A stretch of 64,000 bases of DNA from Minisyncoccota bacterium (lineage in GTDB: Bacteria; Patescibacteriota; Microgenomatia; UBA1400; PJMF01), in the NCBI GenBank assembly GCA_012515515.1, contig JAAYYE010000012.1:48604-112603 (forward strand). The letters are read 5' to 3'. Both the position numbers and the translations under genes were made by a program. Below the pieces are notes generated by a model. The model did not search any database and was not told the DNA's origin. It saw nothing but the letters and a program-made list of their open reading frames with translations. The first letter of the stretch is position 1; each line of letters starts with the position of its first letter. Below, piece by piece: positions 63,532-64,000 of the stretch.

Positions 63532-64000
63532 GTGGATATAGGTAATAAAAAAATTGCCATCATACATGATTCCTTAACTCAATTTGGAGGAGCAGAAAGG
63601 GTGCTTTTTTATCTTATAAAAATGTTTCCTCGCGCAGATGTTTATACTTCATTAGCCAGTAAAAAATTAAAAACGCAAGTTGAAAATAAGATTACTGGAA
63701 AATTTTGTTGCTCAAAACTCAGCAATGTAAAACTGGCCATTAAATATCCCAGCTTGTTTAAGCCTTATTTTTTTCATTATTATTGGGAAAGTTTAAATTT
63801 GGATAAATACGATTTGGTGATATCCTCTTCTCACTCTTTTTGTGCTCACTGGATAAACACTAAACAAAAACATATAAGCTATATTCACACCACACCAAGA
63901 TTCTTACACGACGAAGTTAATCAAATGCTTTGCTTAAAGCGTCCATTTTTTAGAATTATTACTCAGCCATATTTTAATTATTTAAGAAAAAAAAATTTGG
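63532..64000 (+). CDS. Glycosyltransferase family 4, N-terminal part (runs off window end)
   Basis: Manual translation from GTG: (M)DIGNKKIAIIHDSLTQFGGAERVL...YDLVISSSHSF...YIHTTPR, a paralog of 4644-5756. Confidence 0.85.
   Translation, partial: MDIGNKKIAIIHDSLTQFGGAERVLFYLIKMFPRADVYTSLASKKLKTQVENKITGKFCCSKLSNVKLAIKYPSLFKPYFFHYYWESLNLDKYDLVISSSHSFCAHWINTKQKHISYIHTTPRFLHDEVNQMLCLKRPFFRIITQPYFNYLRKKNL

Overview
This is a low-GC, gene-dense core-chromosome segment that looks like a Patescibacteria (CPR) genome, probably Microgenomates. That placement is an inference from the stand-alone Pol I 5'-3' exonuclease, short HrcA, orphan VirB4/TraG-like ATPase, pilN/pilO, many GT-C glycosyltransferases and divergent 23S rRNA. 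It holds the 5' end of nusA, hrcA-grpE-dnaK-dnaJ and groES-groEL with four degenerate CIRCE operators, and ftsH, trpS and a Xer-like recombinase. Next come two tRNA(CAT) genes, a TsaC-TsaE fusion plus tsaD, smpB, cmk, two class A PBPs and nrdR plus a class II RNR with tandem NrdR boxes. These are followed by a HEPN/archaeal-type kinase/CAAX-protease cluster, murJ, rpsT, lepA, a 16S-less tRNA-Ala-23S-5S unit with its own promoter, rpsA, pgk and an AT-rich surface-glycosylation cluster. No CRISPR array, IS element, prophage or rRNA intron was seen. The most notable leads are AT-hook-like motifs on a PBP cytoplasmic tail, the HEPN-kinase-CAAX operon and the TsaC-TsaE fusion. Others are substitutions in the 23S P-loop, A-loop helix and macrolide pocket, a miniaturised initiator-like tRNA, widespread leaderless promoters, and tandem duplications spanning the stop codons of two chaperone genes. 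All family assignments come from motif recognition by eye; no database searches were run.
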